A stretch of 56,699 bases of DNA, filler included, from Sphacelaria rigidula (GCA_964200075.2; 6 parts of 6 records of this genome joined end to end with filler, not necessarily neighbours in it); one strand, 5' to 3'; shown: positions 35,726 through 48,604, numbered from the whole stretch's first letter. Translations and numbers: made by a program. The notes: generated by a model from the letters alone, not told the origin.

Positions 35726-37639
35726 TCAGGAGTCATCTGCATCCCAAGTGGTGTCCGTGTTCCGTAGAACGGCTATTCCGAGTTCGCCTTGGTCGTGTCG
35801 TTGGAGGCACCAGGATCCCCTCCGAGCGGTCGGCTCCTCGGTGTAGTACGCATCATCCAAGCGAATCTTAAGGGGGCTCGGGTCATCAAGGAAACGGATA
35901 AAGTAGGAGTGGTCAGATGCAGGGTCGATCAAATGAATTTTACCCAACCACCGCAGAGAATTCAAGGCCTTATACCAAAAATACGCCCCTTTTGGTAATC
36001 GTTTTCCGTGAAAACAATGCAGGTATTGTGAACGCAAAATAAGACTATGGCCTGTCACAACACACCGCGCTGAGTGTTCACGAGCAAGTTCCCGAGCGAC
36101 AGCTCCCTTGCGAATCGACCGATATATCTCTTATTCAACGGGCGGTGTTGGACGGTATCTCCTACCCAGTACAGTAATATTTCCCGACGAAAATGACGCA
36201 AATCAACCTCACGCTCCCATGTAACACGCATGATACCCTTCCAATGTGTTTGATACATTACCGCTATCTTACCTCCACGACCACGAACCAGTTGATGACC
36301 CGAAATCCTATCTACCTCAACGCGTTCCAGGGGTGCGTCCGCATCCTCGACCGTCATATGATACGGCGGAGTTTTGATGGCATACTTGGTCAACACATAC
36401 TGGCTAAGCCCTACCGACAGTTGTTTGGGCATGTCAGAGGAGTCATGAGGGGGGATACACGGTTTGCATCGTAGCATCGAGACGCGATTTTTCGGTTTCA
36501 AACCAGGTTCATCCCTGGGAAATCTAAATACAAACGTTTCGCTCCCACCGGACTCTTGTCGGGTGCGGTAGCGCTCGGACCAACAGCTCAAACTTCCCAA
36601 GGACCAGTAGTCCAATTCAAGGATAGTTTCGCCTTCAACACTTTATCCAAAGATGATGATTCCGAGCTAGCCCCTTGATTGATGGTCTTCACATCGTTAT
36701 ATACCCATGCCCATTGGCCTACCTTCCACACCGAGCGGTTATGCACTACATCATCCAACATCGAGTTCGCCTTGGCCACCTTGACCCAATTGATTTGGTT
36801 CTGTTCTCGTACCGCTTTATATGCAAGATGAAGACGATTTCTAACCGACAAATGATACTCTGCAACGTCACGATCCCGACTTTGATGTCCACCTGCATTT
36901 TTGCGTTCGAATACCGTTAAGGGTAACCGAGGCATGCGTCCAATATGAATTTCATTCGGCGACAATTCCGTAGCGGCATTGACTGAATTGTTGTAGTTCA
37001 TCTGGACAAGGGGCAGGTGCAGATCCCAGTCCATCTGTTTCTCATTTGCTACAGCAGCAAGCATCTGTGCCATCGTATGGTTCACTCCTTCCGTTCCACC
37101 ATTGGTGGAAGGATGGTATGAACTAGTGAAAATGCGATGGGTACCCAAAAGGTCACTGACGGCGGCAGAAAGTTTGCCTAAACATTGCGGGCCGTTGTCA
37201 GATAATAAGCGTTTGGGCACGCCCCACAGTGGGATGTACGTGTAGACAAGCATCTTGGCGGTACCTTCCGCGGTATAACTACTGGGGGGGACGGCGTGCA
37301 TCACCTCATGTCGACTAAATCTATCCGTACACAACAAAATATAATTATTCCCACTATCCGTCAGGGGCAAAGGACCAAAATAGTCCCACGAGATTACTTC
37401 ACCAGGCCCGTTTGGGAGTGGCATGGAAACAATCGGCCAATGAACTGTTTGACGAGAAGTTTTTCGCGCCTGACACAAAAGACAACGCCTCACCCACCAA
37501 CGACAACACGGATCCATACAAATCCACCGATAATAGCGTTCCAACATCTGGGAGGTCCTAATGGCGCCTAAATAAGTCGATGCCTGTGAATGGCATTCGT
37601 GGAGAACCCATGGGCGCAGTAGCGTCGGAACGTAGATAA
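35726..37639 (-). mobile_element. Ty3/gypsy integrase (Zn finger, DDE core, GPY/F-like, chromodomain, PWWP/Tudor-like), frameshifted (copy 2)
   Basis: 319 aa ORF with CLLC, WDYFGPLP, LSDNGPQ, YHPSTNGGTE; continues in other frames through I.GH...Y..HWKG....TWERE..L; cut at its 5' side by a family E element. Confidence 0.92.
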
Positions 37640-37768
37640 CAGTGTTTTCGTGAGATTAAGAGTAGATTATACGATTGAGAGTGGCTTCGATCATCCGCTT
37701 TAAGTGGGTCATTTTTTTATTCCACATGTGCTCTTCTTTACCTCCACCACTTGCGTGTGCTTACAGCT
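37640..37768 (+). mobile_element. Family E TIR element end interrupting the gypsy pol
   Basis: cagtgttttcgtgagattaagagtag..., matches the reverse complement of 1-117. Confidence 0.6.
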
Positions 37769-37868
37769 NNNNNNNNNNNNNNNNNNNNNNNNNNNNNNNN
37801 NNNNNNNNNNNNTTAATTAATTAANNNNNNNNNNNNNNNNNNNNNNNNNNNNNNNNNNNNNNNNNNNN
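37769..37868. other. Artificial contig linker
   Basis: N44-TTAATTAATTAA-N44. Confidence 0.97.
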
Positions 37869-40318
37869 GATTGCTTTTGCCTGATTGCCCGAAAGGGAGG
37901 GAAAAGTTGACCGCTGGTCCAAGGGGTGTCCCACGCAACTTTTGCGCCATTCCACGTGTCTGGGCTGCCTGGGTTGTAACGCTGAAATGAGTCATGGGGA
38001 TTCATTCATCACGAGTCAACTTATACTAAAACCAAGTAATTTCCTGACGAATCATTATTTGTCCTAACCGTGGAATATTTGCACCGCGGTAGATAGATGA
38101 TCACGTGCCGCTGTTGCTGTCGTTGTTGACGTTGCGTTGGTACGACAGCAGTGTAAAAACAGTCTTGACGATGAGAGCCGCGGTTTTTTCGTGCAGTAGT
38201 ACCGTAGACGGCACACTGTACGATTACACGCCTGTGCGCCTCTGCCTTCGGGAGATATTGTCGGTGTGGTGCTAGCATGATTGGTTCGCCTACTTAATAC
38301 TGTACATGGAATATCGCAAGTGCTGTGTCATGTTCCATCGCGGGCAGTGTGTGTCAGCCCCTGCAGTGAGAGGCGTGCAGGTTACTGAAGTATCAAAGAC
38401 GTGTATCGTTTTGTTGGTATACCGCAACTGAAGTCATCAGCCCTCGACCTTGGTTTGGTGGATTGACTGTCGTGCTTGTAGCAGGAGCATGTGAATATCA
38501 CCGGGGACCGGGTTGCGAAGAGAGCGGGTGTGACGGCCAGTGGGTTGTCTTACGGACCGATAGAGGTGAGAGTTAGTGACCCTATCGTGTCCCGCGATAA
38601 ACCACAGCACAATTTGACTGACTCTTTGTAACTTAAGCCATCCCATCAGTATCACCTACTCGCATCTATCTGGCTTGACTGAGTATGTGACTCACTTTTA
38701 GTGTTCGGGATTTTGTGTTGAACATAGTTGAAATGTTCCTGAGTTCCGTTGCCAAAACGTCATCTGTTCACATTTCTCTGCTTGCGGTGAAGTAAAATTT
38801 TTTTGCGATTGTATGTTTTTCTTCACCCTCTCTCTGAGTTAACAAACTTCTCCGGCTGCGAGTATTTCCTCGGAATATTTTCGCCACTTGATAACCAAGA
38901 GATATACGGGGGTTTCCAACGGATGGAGGCGTGGTTTCTGACGGGGGCGGTGTTTCGTCCCAGATCAAAAGTCAGCCATGCGTGTTCCAACGTCTCCAGG
39001 AAATAATCCAAGGCCGAAGGGCGGAGAGCAGCCATTTTGCCTGTTTTGATCGGTCAGTTTGGTCATCACGTTCCAGATAACATCCAGAACACCCACCTCA
39101 CACCGTAGCGTTATCGGACCATTTAAATCAACCATGACGCGACACAAATTGCCCCGGTGGTCCAGTGGGGAGATTGACTCGATTAGGGTGGGAAGAACGT
39201 GGAATCCATTCTCGCCAGATGGGCGTCTGGGCTTTTTCTTCGAAGTGTGTGACCTGGAGCTTGATAAGAGTTTGTCTGACGATAGTTGAGGGGGTGCGGG
39301 GGTGCTCATCCAATCGGCGAGTCCAAAGTGCAAGGCGTGTATCGGGTGAGACATGGAATGATCCCTTGAGACCACAGACTCGTCTTGAGGAGGGGGTGCT
39401 GGGCGGGGTGGAAGTGCGGTCGAAAATAGACGAATACATAAAAAAGTAGCAGGTGCTCTTTTGCTCTGTGCGTGGCCTTCACTTTTTAGCCCTTGACTGC
39501 CCCCCTGTGCTGTCAAGATAGGTGCACACTGTACTTGCTGTCTGAAGTGTTGGCGCGGAAAACTGATCAGAGGTAAAAACAGTGTGCAATAGACTGTGTG
39601 CATTGGGGTTGGATGGAAGACTGGTTGCTTTACAGTATCATGTCGGAATCAGCCGCTGATGGCATAAGTTGGTGTTTACGGTACAGCAGTAGCAGTAGTA
39701 CGGACAGTACAAAAAGGAGACATGTACAGTCGAGACGGTGTGTCATGCGTGCAGAAGCACAAGGTGGTCGAGGTGTGTCAGCACTGCCCCGGAAGTACCA
39801 CGACTGGGAAAATATAGAAAAGGAGTGTATGTGTCGTTTGTATGTATCGTTACAGTGATGGCTTCCGACGTGCACCGCTTGCAAAGCATGAAAGCATGTA
39901 CCCCGCAAAAACGGCTCAGCGAAGACATATAAATACGTAAGCATGGCTCTGACTCGTTGCTCAGCATTCACGTGTCCATGTAGAGAGGCGTTTCGTATTT
40001 TGAGCACACCACTATTCTAAACCACACGTGTGCCAAAGGCGTTACGTGTGTGGGGGGTCGCAGCCCGAGGGCTCACCCATGGAGGGCCAGAGTGGGTCAT
40101 CTGAGTTCTATTGTTGGTCCTTTCTCCAAAGGGTAGTGGTACCGATTCAACAGATGACCCACCTGGCATGCAAAGGGTTGGAACACGATTCAAACCAGCA
40201 GTTTCTAGTGAAGCACGTTCATTTTTCGATGCAGTCTGTGTGGCAACAGTCGTATGTATAGATTTCAGCGTCCGTGACTGGTGCATGCTTACATTCTATC
40301 ATCATAGTTTTATGATAG

Positions 40319-40562
40319 AGTACGACACGAATCCCCGATCCAATCTTTTGACCAATAACATCTCTTCTGATGCAAGTCCTTCCTTGTTTGCGCGGCATAG
40401 ACATGCGGAGTAGCTCCGCGATCTTCATGCAGATGGTGAGTGCACCGTCTGCATGAAGATCGCGGAGCTCCTCCGCATGTCGATGCCGCACAAGTACGGA
40501 CTTGCTTGCAGGAGAGCAATTGTTATTGATGGAAATAGTGGATCGGAGATTTATGCTGTACT
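40319..40562. repeat. Long inverted repeat/hairpin of about 245 nt with a 4 nt loop
   Basis: Inner stem 40392-40489 (47 bp) has 2 mismatches and 1 G-T pair; outer arms are more diverged. Confidence 0.85.
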
Positions 40563-41299
40563 GCACTGTACCACGTGCCAGGCACAGACTCTGCAATCGC
40601 CAGTATACCACCGCAGTAATGATGTTGGAACACTATAATAGCCAACCACGATGCGTGCTTTGCAGCGTGGTGTAGTGCAGCTGTCAGGGGGCGAGAAACA
40701 AACTGTGGGCACCGGAAACCTGAGGCAACTCGCCTCTAGTCTTCAGACCAATTATTGAATGAGGTTGAACTTGTTGGTATGTCTCCCATCAATTGCTGTC
40801 AGTTCGTGTTTCTCCCGTTTCTCCTGATCGCGATAAACTAGTCGTTATCCTGGATTTGTACCGCTTCCTTCACCCTCTACCAGCTCTACCATGAAAGCTG
40901 CACACTCGGAGGGCGAGGTTGGGTCATCTGGGTCTTGCAGTCACTTTCAGAATTAAATGGTATCGGAGCAACGTATGGCCCACCTGATCTTCCGGCATTC
41001 GCACTATGACGACAGCTGATATTGAATTGAAAAACACGCCCGCTTCCGATGCAGTCTGTGTCGCTGTAGAGCGGTCGTGTGCGAGGGGGACGTCCGTAGC
41101 TGCCTTTCATCACGTTGCTTGTTGGGCCAACACACGCGTGGTTGTCGTTGAAGGCAAAGAGGCAAGGACATGGCATGCTGTACAGATACAGAAGTACTGA
41201 TTTCTCTCATGCATCTTTGACTGTTACTGTCACCCTCGCCACACCGTCGGACCGGCCCGGGAAACGTTTTCAAACAACAGGACGACACTATACTTGCAG

Positions 41300-41351
41300 G
41301 CCCTGAACTCAAGCAGAAAGTGGAAGAGCCCGCCAGCACCCCAGCGGTACG

Positions 41352-41397
<46 letters not shown>

Positions 41398-41721
41398 GAC
41401 GCGAAGGGGCACCGCAGGAGTGTGGGCGGCGGTGGTAGCGGGGGCCCACCTCATGCCCCATTCGGTAGCGGCATGATGGCTCGTCACCGAGCCGTGCACG
41501 CGGCCCCCGCAGGACGCGCTCAGTACCAGGTGCTCCCTGCCGGCCGCATGGAGCACCCTCCACAGGCGGCGGCTGGGTGGACAGGCGGTGGAGCGGTGGG
41601 CATGGGAGCGGGGGGCGCGAGGTGGGTCCCCGACGGCCGTGCGGGGGGCAACCACATGATCTGGTTCCCCGATGGGCGCGGTGGCGGAGCATACGGGCCT
41701 GCGTACTGGGGTGCTCGCTGA
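41300..41721 (+). CDS. Probable terminal exon of an unknown protein; polyQ plus Gly/Trp-rich tail
   Basis: ttgcag| acceptor, GC-rich open frame PELKQKVEEPASTPAVRQ15DAKG...YWGAR-TGA; upstream exons not identified. Confidence 0.6.
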
Positions 41722-43089
41722 GGACCGTGTCGATGGCCAGGGGATACAATGCAAATGGGAGATTGAGGGAAACATGTCTCTATGTGTGGAGGGACGTGCT
41801 CCAGGTTGGGTGCGGACCTTTTTGCCGCTGTGGCTTGAACAAGCTCACGGGCTGCCACGGCATTGAGGCTTTTTTTTTGTGCAGCGTATACACACAAATC
41901 TAGTCGGGGTAATTGTCCGTTGAGCTGAGGAACTCAACACGCCACATGATATGTAGTTAGGGGTAGAACACATGAAGGGGCGGCAGCAGTTTTGTTTCAT
42001 CATAGGTGCTGCCAACGCTACGTGGACATGTTTCGCATCAATACGTGCACGTTTTGGAAGCCAATTGGCCCGGCGCATTGTGTCCTGCTCATGTATAGAT
42101 TATAGTGTAGACCTACTACTGTTATCATGTCCCATGTATTCTGTGTTGGTGTTGGCTTAGCCGTGTCCCTTGTGGTACGTTCAGCTGTTGTTGGTATTGT
42201 TGTCGCTTTGGTAACGTTCAGAACGGATGGATATGCTTGAGGTATCGTGCATGGGGTATCATACGGGCACGTCCGAACTTTCTGTGGTATTCCATCGCTC
42301 TAGCTATTCAGCGGTGATGGTGAAATGTAGAACCCCCCCCGCACCCCCCCTTAATCGCACACACACTAGCGGGTAGTACCAATGTAGCCGCATTTGTCTA
42401 TTTCGAGTTGTATAATGCGCTTTTTTTCGGGAGAGTTAAGAACAGCTCAGCTGTCCCCCAGGTGTTACATGCGGAGTACATGAGGAAGGGATCTGTGAAT
42501 CAGAGATGGGGCACGTTTTTGGCGCTTGAAAAGCGTTGCATTTTTTGTGTTTGTGGCGGTGACTGTTCTGGTCGACTAGTATGCAGCAGATATTTCTAGA
42601 AAGGAAAGTGGTGTGCTAGGGATGCGGTGAGGGGGGAGTGGGTGAATAGTGTCATTGTAGAAGTTCGTATTTGATCTTTTTGTCGTACCCGATATTCGAC
42701 GGCGCTTTTCGGTCCTGATCACCGGGAGTATGGGCATCACCTGTCGTGTACACCTGTTACTACCTGACTGAGAAAAGTGTAGCCCACTGTGCCGCCTCGC
42801 CAGTCTGCGAGGTGAGATATCCCACTCAGCGACGGTCCAATGTTGGAATCGGATCCCCATATCAGAGGGCTCGCGTTTTTTCGCGTCAGTGGTGTTTGGG
42901 CGAGTGGAACGGCCAAGTTTTGGATTATTTTATTTCCCTGTTCATTTGTTTTTTGATTATTTTCTCAAGGTAACGCTCGTTGTGTTGTTGGGAGGGAGGC
43001 ATCTGGGGCAATCTCTAGATGGGAGAAGACGGGGAATGGGTAATTTGATGTGCTCGTAGAAATAAGGTCTGTGCTGATCTATTTGTCGT

Positions 43090-45680
43090 CAACTAGAAAT
43101 TTGGGATGAATTGTGTTACACAGCTATTGCTGTTCGTCATATGCGGTGAAACAGAACATGGAATTGTCGGCAGGAAGGAGGGAGGAATCGTTGCTTTTGG
43201 GTCGTTGCATGTATAGTTAGTGATGATTATTTCACCTGTGTGTTGTAGAAGTCTTGGATGATGGCACTTGTACCCAGGACGAGTATGTGTGTGGTTGGTC
43301 AGTTGGACATGTGCGGTGAAGTAGGGCGCAGAACGGTCGGCAGGAAGGAGGGAGGTGTCGTTGTTTTTCTGTCCTTGCATGTGTTGTAGAAGTCTTGGAT
43401 GGTGACAGTTATACCCAGGACGTGTATGTGTGTGTGGTCAGTTCAAAATGTGGGATGGATGTTGTCACACATTGTTGGTGTTCTTATGTGCGGTGACGCC
43501 GAGCGCAGGAGGGAGAGAGGATTCGTTTTTTTTTTCGGTCCCTGCATGCTTAATCATCGTATTCTATTATTATCGTATTAGTGTGTTGTACAAGTCTTGG
43601 ATGGTAACAGTTCTACTCAGCACGTGTATGTGCGTGAAGTCAGTTCGAAATTTGGGATGGATGTCGTCACACATTGTTGATTTTCATCATGTGGGGTGAA
43701 GTGGAGTGCGTATCGGTCGACAAAAAGGAGGAAGGAGTCGTTGTTTGTCGGTTCTTGCTTGTATAATTATTTCATCATTGCTACATCAGCCGGTTTTTGC
43801 TATAGCAGTTTGGTACCCCGCTCCCGTAGGGTCCATGGATGCATGGATTCATATCCAAAAGAGTGCGGTCGTTGTAGATAAGCCGCAATCATTCCCCACG
43901 GCTTTTCCGTTTTATAGGGCTCGATATAATGGTGGTTCTGCGCAAGACCTTTTCCGCCGAAGCCATGTGGCAGAAGCCGACCATTTCTTTTTGTTCCCTC
44001 TGTTTTTTCTTCTCTTTTCTTTCATTCGTAATCCACTTTGTTGTCCCGTCCTTCCTTTCCTGTTTTCTTCCACCCTCCCCTTTCGCGAGTGTTGCAGTTT
44101 TATTTTGTCTCGGATACGTCCATCATGTTGCCTCAGCTGGATCTCTGGGGGATCAGTTGCAGTGCGACGATAAAATCAAATCAGTCAAATCAGTTGTGTG
44201 TGTTGTACAAGCCTCGGATGGTGACAGTTCTACCCAGGACGTGTATGTGTGTGTAGTCAGTTCGAAATGTGGGATGGGATGTTTTCACACATTGTTGGTG
44301 TTTTCATTGCGGTGGCGCCGAGCGCAGGACGGTCGGCAGGAGTGAGAGAGGAGTCGTTATCCGTCGGTCCTTGCATGTATAATCATCGTATCATGTTGTT
44401 ATCGTACTTGTGTGTTGTACAAGTCTTGGATGGCGGCAATTCTACCCAGGACGTGTATGTGTGTGTAATCAGTTCGAAATTTGAAATGGATGTCACTCAA
44501 TGTCGATGTTCGTCATGTGCGGTGAAACCGAGCGCAGATCGGTCGGCAGGAAGGAGGAAGGAGTCGCTGTTCGTCAATTATTGCTACATTAGCCGGTGTA
44601 TGCCAGAGCAGTTTGGTACCCCGCTTCCGTAGGTTTCATGGATGAGTGGTTTCATATCCAAAAGAGTGCGTTGTAAATCAGCCGCGATCGTTTCGCACGG
44701 CCTTTTTTGTTTCCCAGCACTCGATATGAATGTGGTTCTACTCAAGACCTTTTCCGCCGAAGCCATGTGGCAGAGGCCGACCATTTTTTTTCTGTTTTTG
44801 TTTTTTTCCATTCGTGGTCTACTCTGTTGTTCTGTTTTATGTTCTCGGGGGGGGGGGGTTCCTCTCCTTCCGCGAGTGTTTTAGTTTTGTTTTGTCTCGG
44901 ATGCGTCCATCATGTTGCCTCAGCTGGATCTCTGAAAGGTCAGCTGCAGTGCGACGATCAAATCAAATCAGTCAAATAATTTAAGTTGTGAAAGTCTCGG
45001 ATGGTGGCAGTTCTACCCGGGACGTTCATGTGTGTGTAGTCAGTTGATAGTTGGGATGCATGTTGCTGTCACACATTGTTGATGTTCTTCATGTGCGGTG
45101 AAGCCGAGCGCAGGACGGTCGGCAGGAAGAAGGGAGGAGTTGTTGCCCGTCGATCCTTGCATACATAACCATCGTATTCTATTATTATCGTACTTGTGTG
45201 TTGTAGAAGTCTTGGATAGTAGCCGTTCTACCCGGGACGTTTATGTTTGTGTAGTCAGTTCGAAATGTGGGATGCATGCTGCTGTCACACATTGTTGATG
45301 TTCTCCATGTGCGGTGAAGCCGAGCGCAGATCGTTCGGCAGGAAGGAGAGAGGAGTCGTTGTTGGTCGGTCCTTGCATGGATGATCATCGTACTTTATTG
45401 TTATCGTACTTGTGTGTATTGCGGAAGTCTCGGATGGTGGCAGCTCTACCCAGGACGTGTATGCGTGTGTAGTCAGTTCGAAACTAGGGATGAGTGTCGT
45501 CACAAATTTTTGATATTCTTCATGTGCGGTGAAGCCGAGCGCAGATCGGTCGGCAGGAAGGACAAAGGAGTCGTTGTTCGTCGGTCCTTTCATGTATAAT
45601 CATGATTTGCTTTTCATGTGTGTGTTGTCTTGCACGGTGGTAGTTACACTCAGTACGAGTATGTGTGTTTTTGGTGGCAG
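43090..45680. repeat. Tandem array of about 9 units of ~205 bp with two copies of a ~400 bp spacer block
   Basis: Unit tgtgttgtagaagtcttggatggtg.cagttctacccaggacgtgtatgtgtgtg...cggtgaagccgagcgcag..cggtcggcaggaaggag; blocks at about 43785-44195 and 44585-44980. Confidence 0.88.
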
Positions 45681-46490
45681 CAGCTAGTTTACGTGTATTT
45701 TTCTTGTACTGTAGTGATGATGAAGTTAGTGGAGGGGTAGGATGTTGAGACGGGAAAATGATGCGAATGATTTGGATGGACAACATACGAGACGGTAGTT
45801 GACAATATCCAAGACACTACCTACCGTCGGTTACGCTACAGGGTGGAGAGAGGGCGGAATGGAGGAGGAAGGAAAGAGAAAATATTGATTGATACATGCA
45901 CGATGAATTGAGACGGGACAAGGTGCACGGGAGATATATCGAAAAGATGAATCAAGCTCACCGTGACGTGTGGTGACGGTATCGGATAAGACGGGTGTTG
46001 TCATGATGTGGCGAATGTGACGCACATACCGTTCCTGGGACACATGCGTGGAGCGCGGTTTGGCTTGTCGTGCGCATCTTACATCTCATCTGGCTGCTGC
46101 CATTCCCACGATTTGCCTCGCATGAAGTGAGCTGAACGATGAGAGTTCGCAGGTTACGCGTTGACTCCTCGTTGTCAGATTTCGCTTGTTGAGATGAAGG
46201 TGCCTGAACGCCGTAACACGCTCTCGCAGGCAAACATGACAAGTTGTGAAAAATGCCGTTGTTTCGTTTAACAGCTACTATGTGCAATTATCAGATACAT
46301 GTTTCGGCCAAAAAAGCGAACGCCTACCATAGCACAACTTCCGAGCAGATGCGGGTAGAGCTCATAAATACACACACTGATGACCTTGTCGCCACGGCTG
46401 GGTTGTTAGTAGCCGGTCAGTCAAGGGGTTACAATTATGCGATACCAAGAAAAAAAAAAAAAAACATGCGTTCTTAGATATCAAGCTGAA

Positions 46491-46588
46491 CCCTCTGACC
46501 GTCAGGGTGGGGTCATGCGTTGAATCAGCACCATTTTCATCGAGAAATGTATGTAAGGTCCGTGTGACCCAACCCGACAGTCAAAGGG
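46491..46588. mobile_element. piggyBac-like micro-MITE (98 bp)
   Basis: CCC...GGG ends, imperfect TIRs of about 29 bp, flanked by TGAA/TTAA. Confidence 0.65.
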
Positions 46589-47234
46589 TTAAACTAGCAT
46601 GGAGAGAGGTCATGGTTTGTGATTTCCCGCGCTGATCGCTGACTTCAACAAAGACAGAGAGGCGGTCAGTCCAACACGTGAAAAAAAACTCGAACACTCT
46701 CCGCAAGGAGCAGAGACATCACTCATATTTGTATTGTACAACAGAACACACAGACAGTGTACACGTGGGAGATATATCCTCACCACTGGAAGAGCGTGAC
46801 GATCCAGACACCATCACCTCTCCAATCCGGAAAACTCCGATCCATGAAAAAAAAAAATTCAGGCCATTTTGGAGAGGATGAAATGGAGAACGTGCCAACA
46901 ACGTGACAAGGTTACACCCTCCCAAAGCCTTCCCTGTTACTCGTTCGACTCGGGCCTGAACCACTTGTTCGAGAAACCTGAAAAACCCCGTCTACCTGCA
47001 ACCGAACAATGGCGACTACCAGACAGTATACATAATATACGTACATACTGTTCCCGGGGTCCTCGCATTTCACAACGTTGTGTGCGGGCGTATACCATGC
47101 ACGCCTTTGGCGATTGAAAACAAAGGCAAGCGCCGCAGAAGGAAGGTTGCGTAGAATTAAAAGACAAATAACAAATAACAGCCGATTTTATATTTTGGGG
47201 TTCAAACAAAATATGGGGCTGAAGTGGCATATCT

Positions 47235-47334
47235 NNNNNNNNNNNNNNNNNNNNNNNNNNNNNNNNNNNNNNNNNNNNTTAATTAATTAANNNNNNNNNN
47301 NNNNNNNNNNNNNNNNNNNNNNNNNNNNNNNNNN
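47235..47334. other. Artificial contig linker
   Basis: N44-TTAATTAATTAA-N44. Confidence 0.97.
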
Positions 47335-47656
47335 GTTGTGGACAATTGGGGGGGAAGATGGCTTCGCTCGGTCGCAAGTGTTTCGCGTCATCCCTGCAAA
47401 AGAGAAATGCCACTTCAACCTCATTTTTTCCAGATGAATCCGATTTTCTAGGATCCACTGTTCTTTGATGGATCATGGCACACAGCGGATTGTTTTCTGT
47501 TGGTTTGATTAATTGATCTAGGATTTTAGAATATACGTTTGTTTTGGATACGGAAAAAACATGACTTGAGATTCCTATATATATTCGCGCAAATGGGAAT
47601 GTGATAAAGGATTAGGGGGGGGTGTAATGTAGGAGGTATCATTTTCTTGACAAGAA

Positions 47657-48095
47657 CACGGGATTTTACAAATTGGGGATGGCTTTTTTTGTTGAGGATG
47701 AGAAACCCGGAGAATTAAAATCTTCGTGTCCACACCAAATCTTCAAAATCTGCTTCCATTTCTTCACTTGCTGGTAGCTATTGACAACTGCTACACGTCA
47801 TGCAGATTTGGATTTGAATAACCGAAATGCTGGGGTCCTAGGTGAAAAATTATTTTGGAGGAATTTCGGCGATCTGATCGGATCATCAAAATTCCTCAAA
47901 ATTGTTTCTTCACTTAGGACCCCAACATGTTGGTTATCGAAATCCAAATTTGTATGACGTGTAGTAGTCATCAATAGCTACCAGAAAGTGAAGAAATGGG
48001 ACCATATTTCGAAGAGTTGGTGTGGATACGAAGTTTCAATTCTCCTGGTTCTCAACGTGAATAGAAAATCCATCCCCAATTCGTAAAATCCCGCG
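47657..48095. mobile_element. Foldback MITE family C, copy 1 (about 440 bp, almost entirely palindromic)
   Basis: cacgggattttacaaattggggatgg...ccatccccaattcgtaaaatcccgcg; arms of about 210 bp around ~47875. Confidence 0.85.
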
Positions 48096-48604
48096 TTTTT
48101 GGCCTTTTACATTGCTGAGTCTTTGAGTTTCACAGTAATTGTGTTATGAGCATCATTTGACTCTGACAGCATGCGTGAGGGATCGCGAATTTATCGATAC
48201 TCATCGGTGAGGACCCGCTCCAACCAGGGGGCTATTAGGATATGCCCGGACTGGATGCTTGTACACGTATACGCGTGTACTGTACTGGTGCACGTACAAT
48301 GCGATGGATATTGAACGCGGATAGAAGTATGGCCCACTACAGGGTTGAGCCAATCAGGAGCAAGGGGTTGTATCATGGCATTTGTACCGCAAATTACAGT
48401 GATACATTCCACCAATTTACTTTACTTTCGGGATACATTTGGGGTGCGTGTTTGTATAAGCAGCTCTGGAGGAGCGTACGTGCGGTGGGATGTGTGTGAT
48501 TCGTGACAGTATACGGGAGATCAATACAAGAAAGTAATACACTTGCTCCCCTGTCAAGAGGACCTTGTGTACGACGTTGTCAATTACTTCCTTCATCGGC
48601 GTCT

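Noticed and set aside
35232-35871. Lys/Gln-rich ORFs
   Set aside because: Translations of A-rich non-coding retroelement UTR
43090-45680. CRISPR-like or repeat-spacer array
   Set aside because: Units are ~205 bp degenerate tandem copies with no unique spacers and no cas genes; the DNA is eukaryotic
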